From positions 1,426,001-1,490,000 of the forward strand of contig OZ251237.1 of assembly GCA_965240325.2 (NCBI GenBank): a DNA stretch of 64,000 nucleotides, read 5' to 3'. This DNA comes from Rebecca billardiae RCC1528 (lineage: Eukaryota > Protista > Haptophyta). The position numbers and the translations under genes were made by a program. Shown in pieces: positions 34,249 to 45,783 of this stretch (position 1 is the stretch's first letter; each line of letters starts with the position of its first letter). The notes beneath the pieces were generated by a model. It searched no databases. It had not been told where the DNA came from and worked only from the letters and a program-made list of their open reading frames with translations.

Positions 34249-35690
34249 TCATTGCTCCACCTTCCACACGCGCGCCTCGCGCGCCGGCACCCTCTCGTGG
34301 CTGCCCGGCTTGCTGTGCTTGCGCCGGTTGGACTCCTTCTTCTGCGCGGCCTTCTTCATGATCTCCTTCTTGCGCTTGGCCTTCAGGATCGACTTGGGCA
34401 CGTGCTGGTGCCGCGCGATGCGGCGGACTTCGGGCAGGTGCTTGTGCCGCTCGACGAGCGCCTGGCTGTACTGCGCCTTGGACTTCTCGCGCGGCAGCAG
34501 CGCGCCAAGCTTCTCGTTCGGCTTGGCCTTCCACAGTCTGCGGCCGAGAGGGCGCGCGGCGCGGCGCGGCGGTTGGGCCGGATCAGCGTCGCTGGCGCTC
34601 GGCGCGCGCGCGCGCCGCTCGCGCGCGGGCCGGCGTGCGCGAGTGCGGCGCACCTGACGTTCGTGTCGTCGCTGCCCGTGACGACGAACCTGGCGTCCGA
34701 GCTCACGCGCACGCAGAAGATGCGCTGCATGCGCTTGGTGTGGTACACGGTGCGCGAGCGGCCGTCCTGCGCGCCCCACACGCGCACCGAGCGGTCGTAG
34801 CTGCCCGACGCAAACTCGGTGCCGGTCGGCGAGTAGTCGACGTCGAGGACGGGCGCGACGTGGTCCTCGTGCACCATCAGCGCGCGCGACGGCTTCCGCA
34901 TGTCGAACGTGTACAGGTTGTGGTCCTCGCTCGCCAGCACAAAGTTGAACGCCTCCATCGGGTTCCACGCGCACGCGTTGGCGCGCGTCTGCATCGTCAC
35001 CTTGCGCAGGCTCGAGCCGGCGCGGATGTCGTGCACGGTGATGCCGCGGTCGGAGCTGAGCGCGAGCACGACGGAGTGCTCCACCGGGTTGAACCGCGCG
35101 CGCGTGAACGAGCCCGAGCCCCACGAGAAGCCGTGCGTCGGCTTGGAGCGCGACACGTCCCACACCTGCAGCTCGGTGCCGGCGCTCACAAACAGCTGCT
35201 CGCCCCAGTGCGCGTCGACGTCGACGGTGGTGTGCGCCGAGGAGAAGACGGCGCGCGGCTCGCGAGAGCCGCTGGCGGGGAGCCACAGCTTGACCACCTT
35301 GTCGTCGCCGCACGAGAGCAGCGTCTGCCCCTTTGGCGCGTACCCCAGCCCGCGCGTGAAGCCGCGGTGCGCGCGCACGCGCCACGCGGGCTCGCGCTGC
35401 GCGAGCCTCCACTGGATGACCTCGCCGTCGCAGCTGCCGGTCGCCAGCGCGTTGAGCACGCTCGGGCACTTGGCCATCGAGCACACCGCATCGAGGTGGC
35501 CCTCGAGCGCGCCGACGAGCGGCTTGGAGAAGTGCTTGTCGAGCTTGACGGCGTTGACCGCGCGCGCGTACTCGCGCGCTTTCTCAAGCGGGTGCAGCGA
35601 GGGCTTGGTGGAGCGCGCGACGGGCTGGAGGTCTGTGGGCCGCTCCCTCGTGAAGTCCGCCTGGTTCCGCGAAAGCGTCTTCACCTTCAT
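34249..35690 (-). CDS. DCAF13: DDB1- and CUL4-associated factor 13 / Sof1 (U3 snoRNP WD40 protein)
   Basis: MKVKTLSR, HPLEKAREYARAVNAVKLDK, WNPMEAFNF, YHTKRMQ, GSDDTNVRLWKA, EVRRIARHQHVPK. Exons 35690-34654 and 34537-34249. Confidence 0.97.
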
Positions 35691-36794
35691 CCGCCCGGCG
35701 AGGCGTCGACGCGGCCGTCGGACGTCACGTCCCGTGCCGGGCCACGATCTTAGCGAGCGCTCCGTGTGCTCGCACGATGGCGTCGTCCGCGTCGTCGCCC
35801 ATGCAACTCACCACCATGGTGAGTTGCCCTTGTCGTCGCCCCTCGTGCGTGTTTTGACGGCCGCCATGTGCTTGTGGGGTGCACGACAGTGCAGTGCCTC
35901 GTAGGACAGACGGCGACGGCGCATGCCCATTGTCTGATGCCCGGGCGCATCGTCGCGCGACTCGCGCGCGCAGGGACGTTGCTGCCGCTCGCCCTGCTGC
36001 CAGCGCCCTTGCGCGCCCGACGCATGCACGCGGTGCCGGAGCATCTGCGTGCAATAGCACGAGGCGCACGACGAAACAGTGGCCCGTGCCTCTTCTGCCT
36101 ATACAACTGCTGAGTGCAGGGCAGGCTGAGTGCTGTACTGTACTCGACGAGCGCGAGGTGGTGAGCCGGCTAGGCGGCTACCCTGCCTGATCGCCGCTCG
36201 CTGAGCTGCGTTACGCGCGCTGCTGGCAAGACGACTATGCATCTACTGTGCGGTGCGGTGAGCGGACATCCGTGATCGAGTACGCTCTACAGCGGAGCTG
36301 GGACCGGATCCCGTGAGCCGCTGGCGAGCTTGGGCAGGTCGTCGGCGCCGGCGAAGTCGGCGCGCAGAGCGAGCCAGATGGTCTGATGGATGCGAACGGA
36401 TACCCAGGCCCAAACATAGGGTAAAATGAAAAATCGCGCAGGGTATCGTCAAATCTACTGAATACCTGCAATAAGAAAAGATCGTAGTAGTGTATGGTGT
36501 TTACCCGCTCCCTACAAGTAGGTTTCAGAATGTGCGCGCATCCGTTCGCTGGGGCCTTCTTTGGAAGCTCGGCAGCGGAAAAGTGAGCGCCTCGCCCCTT
36601 GCCAAGCTGACAACAGACCACCGCTGCCGCCGCCGCGTCTGATGCTCACGACCTTGGTCATCAGGAACCGCTCCCCTGGCACGCCGCACGCGCCCGCGCG
36701 GGGGCGAGAACCCGTGCATCCCACATTCCAGCAGGGCTCACGAAGTCTCGTCGAGCCTCATCAAGGCCTTGCACGACCATCCGCGAGCCACAGG

Positions 36795-39581
36795 ATGGGG
36801 AGCGCCTGCTCCGCGAGCAAGCCGGCGGAGCCGAGCGATGTGGAGACCGGCGGGCGCCCACCCCCCCTGCCGGCGAACCGCCAGCTGATGGTCACGCCGT
36901 CGTTCAAGGTCTTTGAAGACGAGCCGCTCGAGCTGTCGGCCGAGAACCCGTGCATCGCGTTCATCCGCCTGCTCGCGGAGCAGATGCTGTTCGTCTACGA
37001 CTTCGCGGTGCACGGGTACCTGCTGGTCGCATTTTGGGAGCGCACGCGGACACACTACCGCGAGACCATCGCCCTCGGCGTCTTCGTCCTGCTGCAGCTG
37101 TGCATGACCTACGCGGTCTTCTTCCGACACGTCGTGCGCGTGCGCGGGCACGGCGACCCGCTGTTCGGCCGCTCGCCGAAGACGGGCCGCATGCACGTCT
37201 TCGGCTTCCAGCTCAGCCTCGCCGCGTCCAAGTTTGAGATGGCGCGCGGGCAGACCGCGCTCGTCTTCCTCGCCTACCTCGGCCCGCTGGCCGTGCCGGT
37301 GCTCGACATCCTCGTGCTGCTGCGCACGGTCAAGCTCACGTGCTGCTGCGGCATCGAGAGGCGGCCCGACCTGGACGCGACGATCGCGGCGTATCGGCAG
37401 TGCCGGCTGAGCGTCTTCGCCCTCTTCCAGTCGCTCCCCGTCGCCTTCCTCGTCGCCATCGTCTTCATCTCGCACCACCTCGTCAGCCACGGCTCCCACT
37501 CGGCTCTCTTCACCAGCGCCAAGCGCATCTCGGGCTCGGTGAACTGGCGCGTGCTGGCGGCGTCGATGGTGCTCTCGATCGCGCAGGTCGGCCTGCACCT
37601 GGTGCGCCCCTACGTCATCGCCCTCCGCCGCAACCGCGACTTCATCAACTACGCCCTCGAGCTCGGCGGCGACGCGCCGCTCGCCGAGGTGCCGCTCGGC
37701 TTCACGCGCTCGATCGTGCTGCGCGAGAAGCCGCTCGGCTGGGCGCTCGACGCGCTGGTCTCGGCGATCGCGACGAGCCACACGGTGACGGAGGTGCGGA
37801 TCATCGGCGTGCGCCCGCTGCAGGTCGGCTCGTGGCCGCAGCGCCCCTCGGGCGCCATCGTGCGCATCCTCACCGCCATGCTGCGCAACGACGACGTGAC
37901 CTACATGCTCGACGCCGCGCGGCGCGACCTGATCCCGCAGCACGCGCTCGCGCTCGGCTCGGCGCTGCGCGTGAACAAGACGCTGATCGAGCTGAACCTC
38001 GCGCGGAACGAGGTGGGCGACGTGGGCGTGGACGCGCTCGCCGACGCGCTGCGCGTCAACACCACGCTGCAGGTGCTCGACCTCTCGTACAACTCGATCA
38101 CCGACGAGGGCGCGAACGCGCTCACCGCCGCCATCCAGGACAACGCCGACTGCGGCCTGCTCGCGCTCGCGCTCCAGGGCAACCTGATCACGGACTCGGG
38201 CGCGGTGGCGTTCGCCGAGATGCTGCAGAACGAGGGCGAGAAGCTCGAGGCGCTCCGCCTCGACCGCAACGCGATCGGCGACATGGGTGCCATCGCGCTC
38301 GCGACCGCGCTCGAGCACGAGGCGCCTCTCGTTGAGCTGCGACTGAACGGCAACTCCAAGATTGGCGAGGCGGCGGTCAAGCAGCTCTCGCAGGCGGTGC
38401 AGGCGAGCAAGCGGGTGGAGCTGCTCGACCTGTCGGGCACGGACATGCAGGCGCCGAGCGCGCGCGAGCTCCTCCTCGCCTCGACCAAGAACAAGACGCT
38501 GCACACCCTCCGCATGGGCTACAACCCTAAGATGGGCACGGCGGGCACGCTCGAGCCCGCGATCACGCAGGCGCTCACCGACCCGAGCTGCACGCTCATC
38601 GAGCTGGACGTCAGCATGGCGGGGCTGGTGCCGACGGACATGGCGGCCATGGCGCGCGCGATGGATCGCAACACCAACATCGAGACCCTCGACATCTCCG
38701 GCAACCGCACCAACGGCGTCAACTTCGTCCAGCTCCTCGCGGCCGCGCTCGAGCGCAACAGCCGGCTGCGCACGCTGCGCGTGGCCTCGTGCGGCATCGG
38801 CGATGGCGCCGACGCCATCTTCGCCGCGCTGCGTGTGCAGGGCACGCTGCGCAGCCTCGTCCTGAGCTCCAACCCGATCCCGGCGCGCTCGCTCGACGAG
38901 CTCGCCGTCACGCTCGAGGAGGACAACGCCGGCCTGCGCGAGCTCGAGCTCGATGACGTCGAGATGGGCAACCGCGGCGCGAAAACGCTTGCCGCCGCGC
39001 TCGAGAAGAACAGGACGGTGCGCTCGCTCTCGGTCCGCCGGATCGGGGTCGACGACAGCGGCGCGGCGCACTTCGCCGAGATGCTCTGGCGGAACAGCAC
39101 GCTGCGCGAGCTCGACCTCGGCTCCAACCCGATCGCCGACGGCGGCGCCTCCGCCCTCGCCACCGCGCTGCGCAAGAACTCGTCGCTCGCCAAGCTCGCG
39201 CTCGACCGCTCCGCGATCAGGGACTCGGGCGTGGAGGCGCTGGCCTCGGCGATGGCCTCGGACGCGCCCGCGCTGACCACGCTGCTGATCGACACGCCCG
39301 AGCTGACGAGCGAGGCGCACCAGGCGCTCGCCACCGCCGTGCGCGCGCGGCGCACCTTCTGCTACGTCGACGTGATCCACGAGCGCGCCAACAAGAACCA
39401 GAGGGAGCTCGTCAAGCTCGACTCACGCGGCGAGGTGACGGAGGCGGAGCGGCGCCTGTTCCGGCGCAAGACGCACGCGGCGGACCTCACCTGGTTCGAG
39501 GCGGCGGAGGACCACAAGATGCGCACGCTCGAGGACCGCGCCGCGCCGACTCCGACTCCGACCAGGGCCACCATGCTCTAG
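36795..39581 (+). CDS. N-acylated multi-pass membrane protein with ~16 RI-type leucine-rich repeats (paralog A), 928 aa
   Basis: Single exon from MGSACS; about 5 hydrophobic helices; then ~28-aa repeats LxxLxLxxNxIxDxGAxALAxAL. Confidence 0.9.
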   Translation: MGSACSASKPAEPSDVETGGRPPPLPANRQLMVTPSFKVFEDEPLELSAENPCIAFIRLLAEQMLFVYDFAVHGYLLVAFWERTRTHYRETIALGVFVLLQLCMTYAVFFRHVVRVRGHGDPLFGRSPKTGRMHVFGFQLSLAASKFEMARGQTALVFLAYLGPLAVPVLDILVLLRTVKLTCCCGIERRPDLDATIAAYRQCRLSVFALFQSLPVAFLVAIVFISHHLVSHGSHSALFTSAKRISGSVNWRVLAASMVLSIAQVGLHLVRPYVIALRRNRDFINYALELGGDAPLAEVPLGFTRSIVLREKPLGWALDALVSAIATSHTVTEVRIIGVRPLQVGSWPQRPSGAIVRILTAMLRNDDVTYMLDAARRDLIPQHALALGSALRVNKTLIELNLARNEVGDVGVDALADALRVNTTLQVLDLSYNSITDEGANALTAAIQDNADCGLLALALQGNLITDSGAVAFAEMLQNEGEKLEALRLDRNAIGDMGAIALATALEHEAPLVELRLNGNSKIGEAAVKQLSQAVQASKRVELLDLSGTDMQAPSARELLLASTKNKTLHTLRMGYNPKMGTAGTLEPAITQALTDPSCTLIELDVSMAGLVPTDMAAMARAMDRNTNIETLDISGNRTNGVNFVQLLAAALERNSRLRTLRVASCGIGDGADAIFAALRVQGTLRSLVLSSNPIPARSLDELAVTLEEDNAGLRELELDDVEMGNRGAKTLAAALEKNRTVRSLSVRRIGVDDSGAAHFAEMLWRNSTLRELDLGSNPIADGGASALATALRKNSSLAKLALDRSAIRDSGVEALASAMASDAPALTTLLIDTPELTSEAHQALATAVRARRTFCYVDVIHERANKNQRELVKLDSRGEVTEAERRLFRRKTHAADLTWFEAAEDHKMRTLEDRAAPTPTPTRATML

Positions 39582-40654
39582 CCGCACACCCACGGCCGCA
39601 GCGACCGCTCTGCGGGCCCTGCGCGGCCCGGCAGCAATCACTCATCATCGCACACTTGCTGCTTGATCCCTGTGTGTACGGATATCCAACGCATGCGCGT
39701 ATGCCCCGCGACGTGCGCCTGCGGTGCGGGCACGTGGCCACACCCTGGCTGCTGCGGCCGTGACCTGCTGGTCCGCGTGCCCGCCGTCGCCGTCGGCTGC
39801 CTTCTGCCATACTCATGCGCCGCGGGTCCCCCGACCGCCGCGCTGCCGCGGCTGCCGGGCCAGAGTCTGTAATGGCGGCAGCCTGCAGTCAGTGTCAGAG
39901 TGTGACACTGTCACTGCGCACTCGTCATGTGAGTAGGACTCTTATTCAAACGGTATCATAGTTCTAAGACTACTATACCGGTCCGATTCCCGGATTATCT
40001 CGCGGTCGCCTCACTAGTGTCTAGTCTACTAGAGTCAATTAGAGTGTCCAGCAGCAGTGACAATGGCCGCGGTTTGTATCAAGCGCGCTCAGACGAGTAG
40101 CACTTGCTTAGTCTTGCAGAATTCGCTCGTCGCGTTCGTCATCGTCACTCATCGCCTGCCTCATGGCCGCATGCCTCATCCGCCGCCATCCGGCTCACAT
40201 GGGGCATGGCGGCATGCGTCAATGTCAGATGAGTGGCTTGGTGAAGTCATGCTGCCGCTGGACAGGACGGTGCGCAGTCGCGGCGAATTCAGTCGTGCGA
40301 AAGCTGGAAAGCACCGCCGCGCGTCGCTCGGAGGACACGATAGTCAGGCGGACCTGCACCCTCGCCCTCGCTCGGGGCACAGCACCGGCCGGTCCAAGCG
40401 AGCCGCGCAGCGCAGGTGGATCGCGCTCCAGTGGCAGCTGGCAAGGTCGCGCTCAAGCAATATTCGGAAAGTGAATTCGATCGCGGTGCAGGCTATTCGA
40501 GGACCAACTTTCATCGTCGTTCTCAATTTGGGCGCATCTATCGGTCGGAAGCCTGGAGACTGACGTCGCAAAAGGCAATCCCGAGCGCATCGTCCCGCTC
40601 GCCCACAGCCATCGGCGTCGTCGCTCCCGACCTCGCCACCAACCCCCCGTCGCC

Positions 40655-43459
40655 ATGGGAGCGGTCTGCTCGTCGGAGCCCTCGCCCGCGCGGAAGGGCG
40701 CGGCGGCAAGCGAGACCTCCGCCCGCCGTCTCGTCCCCGCGAACTCCTTCCACCAGTGGCAGGAGGAGCCGGACTCGGTGCAGCCTGAGCCCGCCCTCCT
40801 CGCGTTCGGCCGCCTCTTCCTCGAGGAGGCGATCTTCCTGTGCGACGTGGGGCTGCACGTGTACTTGGTGAGCGTGGTGCCAGGGGGCACGGTCGCACAC
40901 TACGTCGCGACGGCCACCTTCGTCGCGGTCGTCGCGCTGCAGCTCCTCGTGTCGTACGCTGCGGTCGTGTGGCACACGATGCGCATCCCTGGCCAAACCA
41001 AGCCACGCTGCGGCCGCTCGGAGAAGACGGGCCAGCTGCACTGCGCCGGCGTCGAGCTGAGCTGCGCGCCGACCGCGAAAGCGCGCCAGCGCGGGCGGAC
41101 GGCCCTCGCGCTCCTCGTGCTCCTCGGCCCGCCGAGCGTGCTCGTGCTCGATCTGCTCGTGCTGCTGCGCACGCTCGGCCTCGCGCGCTGCATATTCGTC
41201 GACAGCTACCCGGACCTCGACGCGGCGATCGCGGCGTACCGGCCTGCGCGACTGAGCCTCTTCGCCGCGACCGAGTCGCTCATCGGCGGCGCGCTCGTCG
41301 CCACCGTGCTCAGCTCGCACGCGCTCTTCCGCCAAGGCTTCCACAACGCGATGGTGCTGGACGCGCTGCGCGTGGACGCGTCCGTGGACCCGAAGGCGCT
41401 GGGCGCGTCGCTGGCGTGCTCGGTGGCGCAGGTGCTGCTGCACGTGGCCCGCCCGCTCGTCGTCGCGGCGCGGCGTCGGCTCAGCTTCAAGCAGCACGCG
41501 CTCGAGCTCGGCGGCTCGGCCCCGCTCGGCGAGGCGCGCCTCGGCCTCGCGCGAGCCGTCTGGCTCAGCCAGATGCCTGCGGGCGCGGAGCTCGACGCTC
41601 TGGTCGCGGCGATCGCGGCCGGGCGCAGCGTGGGCGAGGTGCGCGTGCAGGAGATGGCGCCGCTCGAGGTGGGCTCGTGGCCGATGCGCCCGAGCACCAG
41701 CGCCGTGCGCCTGCTCACCGCCATGCTCCGCGGCGATCGGCGGATCATTCTCCTCGACTGCGAGAAGCGCGATCTCAACGCCGCGCACGGCGAGGCACTC
41801 GCGTCAGCGCTGCGCGTCAACTCGACACTGCTCGAGCTGCACTGCGCGAAGAACGCGCTGGGCGACGTGGGCGCGGTGGCGCTCGCGGGCGCGCTGAGCG
41901 TGAACCACGCGCTGCAGGTGCTCGACCTCTCGGTCAACTCGATCAGCGACGAGGGCGCGCTCGCGCTCGCCGGCGCGATCACCACCAACTACGGCTGCGC
42001 GCTGCGCGCGCTCGGCCTGAGGCAGAACCTGATCACCGACGTGGGCGCGGTGGCGATCGCGCAGGCGCTGCGCACGGACGGCGTGCGGCTCGAGGCGCTG
42101 CGGCTCGACCGCAACCTGATCGGCGACGAGGGCGGCGTCGCGCTCGCCGACGCCATGCTCCGCGGCGCGCCGCTCAAGGAGCTCCAGCTGAACGGCAACG
42201 CCAAGCTGGCCGACGCGGCGCTCGGCAAGCTGGCCGAGGCGGTGCGCGCGAGCCGCAAGCTCGAGGTGCTCGACCTCTCGGGGACGGACATGCCGGTGCG
42301 CGCGGCGCAGAGGATCGCGAGCGCGGCGGCGGGCAGCCGCACCCTGCACACGCTCCGCCTCGGCGCGAACCCGCGCATCGGCGCCGGCGGCATCGGCTCG
42401 ACGCTCGGCCAGGCCGTGAACGCGCCCGCGTGCGCGCTCGTCGAGCTCGAGCTCAGCATGGCCAACCTGCCACCTGCAGACATGGCGAGCCTGGCGCGCG
42501 CACTCGAGCGGAACGGCACGCTCGAGATCGTCGACCTCTCGGGCAACCGCACGGGCGCCGGCTTCGCCGCGCTGCTCGCCAAGGCGCTCGAGGCGAACCA
42601 GCGCCTCACCACGCTGCGCCTCGAGCAGTGCTACATCGGCGACGGTGCCGGCGCCGTGTTCGCGGCGCTGCGCACGCACGGCACGCTGCGCACGCTGCAC
42701 CTCTCGTCCAGCCCGCTGCCGCCGCGCGCGCTCGAGGAGCTCGGCACGACGCTCAAGGGAGACCAGAGCCTGACCACCGGCCTGCGCGAGCTCCACCTCG
42801 ACGACGTCGGCCTCGGCAACCCGGGCGCCAAGCTCGTCGCGCGCGCGCTCGAGAAGAACCGCGCGCTCGCCGAGCTCACCGCGCGGCTGAACGGCATCGG
42901 CGACGTGGGCGCGCGCTCCTTTGCTGAGATGCTCGAAGGGCGCAACGAGACGCTGCGCGAGCTCGACCTGGGCTCGAACGAGATCGCCGACCTCGGCGCG
43001 TCCGCGCTGGCCAAGGCGCTGGGCAAGAACGCTGCGCTCACCAAGCTCGCCCTCGACAGCAACCTCGTGCGCGAGAGGGGCGCGGAGGCGCTCGCGTCGG
43101 CGCTGGCGAACGACGCGCCCGCGCTGAGCACGCTGCTGATCGAGTCGTCCGAGCTCTCGGCCGGTGCGGCGCAGAGCCTGGGCGTCGCGGTGCGCACGCG
43201 CTCGACGTTCGTGTACGTCGACGCCGTCCACGAGCGCTCGACGCAGACGCAGCTCACCCGGCTCGAGAGCCGCGCGGAGGTGACGGCCACGCAGCGCCGC
43301 CAGGGCCGGCGCCGCTCGGCCGCTGTCAACATGACGTGGAACGAGGCGGCGGAGGACTACAGGCTGCGCGCGGCGGAGGAGGCACGGCCGGCGGGCGAGG
43401 ACAGCGATATCGACGATGACGACGCCGGCGGTTCGGGCCGCCGTGAGGGCCGGCGCTAG
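40655..43459 (+). CDS. N-acylated multi-pass membrane protein with ~16 RI-type leucine-rich repeats (paralog B), 934 aa
   Basis: Single exon from MGAVCS; colinear with paralog A throughout (GRSxKTG, PDLDAxIAAYR, ALELGG, VGSWPxRPS, TWxEAAED). Confidence 0.9.
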   Translation: MGAVCSSEPSPARKGAAASETSARRLVPANSFHQWQEEPDSVQPEPALLAFGRLFLEEAIFLCDVGLHVYLVSVVPGGTVAHYVATATFVAVVALQLLVSYAAVVWHTMRIPGQTKPRCGRSEKTGQLHCAGVELSCAPTAKARQRGRTALALLVLLGPPSVLVLDLLVLLRTLGLARCIFVDSYPDLDAAIAAYRPARLSLFAATESLIGGALVATVLSSHALFRQGFHNAMVLDALRVDASVDPKALGASLACSVAQVLLHVARPLVVAARRRLSFKQHALELGGSAPLGEARLGLARAVWLSQMPAGAELDALVAAIAAGRSVGEVRVQEMAPLEVGSWPMRPSTSAVRLLTAMLRGDRRIILLDCEKRDLNAAHGEALASALRVNSTLLELHCAKNALGDVGAVALAGALSVNHALQVLDLSVNSISDEGALALAGAITTNYGCALRALGLRQNLITDVGAVAIAQALRTDGVRLEALRLDRNLIGDEGGVALADAMLRGAPLKELQLNGNAKLADAALGKLAEAVRASRKLEVLDLSGTDMPVRAAQRIASAAAGSRTLHTLRLGANPRIGAGGIGSTLGQAVNAPACALVELELSMANLPPADMASLARALERNGTLEIVDLSGNRTGAGFAALLAKALEANQRLTTLRLEQCYIGDGAGAVFAALRTHGTLRTLHLSSSPLPPRALEELGTTLKGDQSLTTGLRELHLDDVGLGNPGAKLVARALEKNRALAELTARLNGIGDVGARSFAEMLEGRNETLRELDLGSNEIADLGASALAKALGKNAALTKLALDSNLVRERGAEALASALANDAPALSTLLIESSELSAGAAQSLGVAVRTRSTFVYVDAVHERSTQTQLTRLESRAEVTATQRRQGRRRSAAVNMTWNEAAEDYRLRAAEEARPAGEDSDIDDDDAGGSGRREGRR

Positions 43460-43768
43460 ATTGATTGGAGATCGCGGCTCCCGCATGATGTCACGAAGAC
43501 CGGGCGGAGCTGCCAGACGGCAGAGCCCTCGCAAATGTTCTCAGGGCTCATGCTGCGCGCATCACGCATGTCGCATGCACAGCACGGTGTCAGTCAGCAC
43601 CGACTGACCGAGGCCCGAATCACGGTGCTACCGTTAGTACGTATGGCCGAACGGAATGACGTGGTGTCACGAGTCCGGATGATACCGGACTCCACCTTTT
43701 TTGCGCGCTCGGTGGCGAGGAAGTCTCCATCGTGCGTGCGTCCGCTCCTCGTGGCCGAGGGTGGCGTC

Positions 43769-44172
43769 ATGGCCCGCGCGCCGAGCGTACTGGACCTCTC
43801 GAAGTACAACGACAAAGTGCGTCGGCTGGGGCGAACACGTTCATCGCCCCATGCGTCGTGTGCAGCGAACGGCACGCGTGGCTCGGCGCGGTACTCATCT
43901 CTAACCCGTGCCCATGTGCGCAGGAGGTGCGCGTCAAGTTCATGGGCGGGCGCGAGGTGACTGGGGTGCTCAAAGGGCACGACAAGCTCTTGAATCTGGT
44001 GCTGGATGACACCAAGGAGTATTTGAAAGACCCGGAGGACCCGTACAAGCTCCTTGACAAAACGCGCCCGCTCGGCCTGACAGTCTGCCGAGGAACAACC
44101 GTGATGCTTATCTCGCCGGTCGACGGCTACGAGGAGATTGCGAATCCGTTCGTGCAGGAGGAGGCGGAATGA
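43769..44172 (+). CDS. LSM7: U6 snRNA-associated Sm-like protein LSm7
   Basis: SVLDLSKYNDK|EVRVKFMGGREVTGVLKGHDKLLNLVLD...LGLTVCRGT...EEIANPF. Exons 43769-43816 and 43924-44172. Confidence 0.97.
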
Positions 44173-44443
44173 TGTGGTGGTTGGCCTGATACCCACTGTC
44201 CAGCTGTATGGGGATGCAGTGACAACAAGTCCCTTGTAAGCACCCCGGACGCACATTCGCCTTCTCCATGGAGTCGGAGATGGCAGCACAGCCGCACAGC
44301 GTCATCAGCTGGTGCCTGGTGGCGCCCGATTCATGATGATTCTCATTCCGGTCTGGCATCACTATTCACTCACTGACTCGGAACCATTGCCATCTGGTGG
44401 TGGCAGCAATAAATGGCGCAGCATCTGAATAACATCATGATGA

Positions 44444-44446
<3 letters not shown>

Positions 44447-44494
<48 letters not shown>
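44447..44494. repeat. (TA)n microsatellite
   Basis: About 24 TA units. Confidence 0.95.
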
Positions 44495-44500
<6 letters not shown>

Positions 44501-45169
44501 GCTATGTGCCTCTAATTAAACTACTATACTCTGTCTATATAGTTAAAATGAAGCGTCGCGTGGTCACTGGTAACCGAAGGTCTAGAAGCTAACCGACATG
44601 CTGATGCTGCTTATTACAGTGATGACCGGGCTGCTGAGATCGTGCACAAAGATAGCCTGGTCCATCCCGATTTTCGCCACTGAAAAAGCCTTTTTCGGAT
44701 TTTGGGCGCCTCATTTCTCCCGATTTTTCTCGTCGCTCGTCGCGCTCGTCAAAAATCGCCACCGGCCGTCCGACGGCTCGCCGCGACGAGGTCGGAAGGG
44801 GCTCGAGAGCCTCGACTGGACGACTGCGCCGCCTCATGTCAGGTGTAGTGCTGGACACATCGTTCGGGTGCCCCGGCGGTGTGCGTGCACACCTTAAGCG
44901 ACATGTCTGCGTTGCTTCCGCCGCCCGCGGTCCGTCGCCAGGTCGACTTCTCGCCCGACGGCGCGCGTCGAACGCTCAGCTGCTGGGTTGCGCTGCGCCT
45001 TCGAGAAGGGGCACCTCCGGGAATATGCGCGGCACGCGACGGCTCGCATGGGGCACCGCCTACCCCTAGCATGTACTCGATGCCACCACCAGCGTTGGGC
45101 GCGCTGCGCATCGCCAACGCTTCATCCGGCCAGTCCCGTCACGTTTGCGCATGGGTCGCCCAAGGCGGC

Positions 45170-45783
45170 GGCAGTCGATTTGTGCTTCTCGTGGAGCTGT
45201 ATGACGGGCTGGGGGCGATCAGGACGGCTCGCCTTGCGGGGCTGGGTATGTACAGTTACATTGTAGTGGCTGCCGGCTGACTCCCATCCCCTGGGTGCTG
45301 CTTTACCGTCGTGGCCTTTGCTGCGAGCACAAGGTCGAGGATCGTACCGCGGTCTGCGAGGCAGAGTCGACGGAGTCGTCGCTTGAAGATGGTTGAGAGC
45401 GCTCGTACGTCTTCCTTGGTGTCGTGCGGCTACTCCAGCACGCAAGGCTCGCGCTTTGGCACGTGTTTGGTGTCCATGGGTGGCACATTGTGCCATTCGG
45501 GTGGCTCGGAAGCACGTGCTCGGGTGTCTTCCCCGTTTACGTGCGGTGGGTCAAGTCACCACGCACGGCCAGAGCATGTCATGGCACGCGGAGGGTGCCC
45601 ATGAACGATCCCCACCCCGGTGGTGGCCGTAGGCGCACTCGAAGCGGTCGCATCGTCACCCGCGGATCACATCAGTCCGCCGTTGAGGCTGTCGGGCGAG
45701 CAAGGACGTGCGATCTGACCCTTGGACGAGCAGCTAGAACCGCGATTATGCCTCGTCTAAGGACGCACATGTCGTCGTTGTAG
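45170..45783 (+). pseudogene. Possible decayed C5-cytosine DNA methyltransferase fragment
   Basis: Across frameshifts: VELYDGLGA (motif I-like), GGTLC (motif IV GGxPC-like), PEHV (motif VI ENV-like), PRLR (motif VIII RxR-like), in canonical order; every motif deviates. Confidence 0.3.

Noticed and set aside
35777-36190. Possible small spliced Cys-rich gene divergent from DCAF13
   Set aside because: ATG and GTGAG donor exist, but the splice choices I tried give early stops and no recognisable domain.
36561-36794. N-terminal extension of the 1006-aa LRR ORF
   Set aside because: Non-ATG start; paralog B begins at the equivalent MGxxCS.
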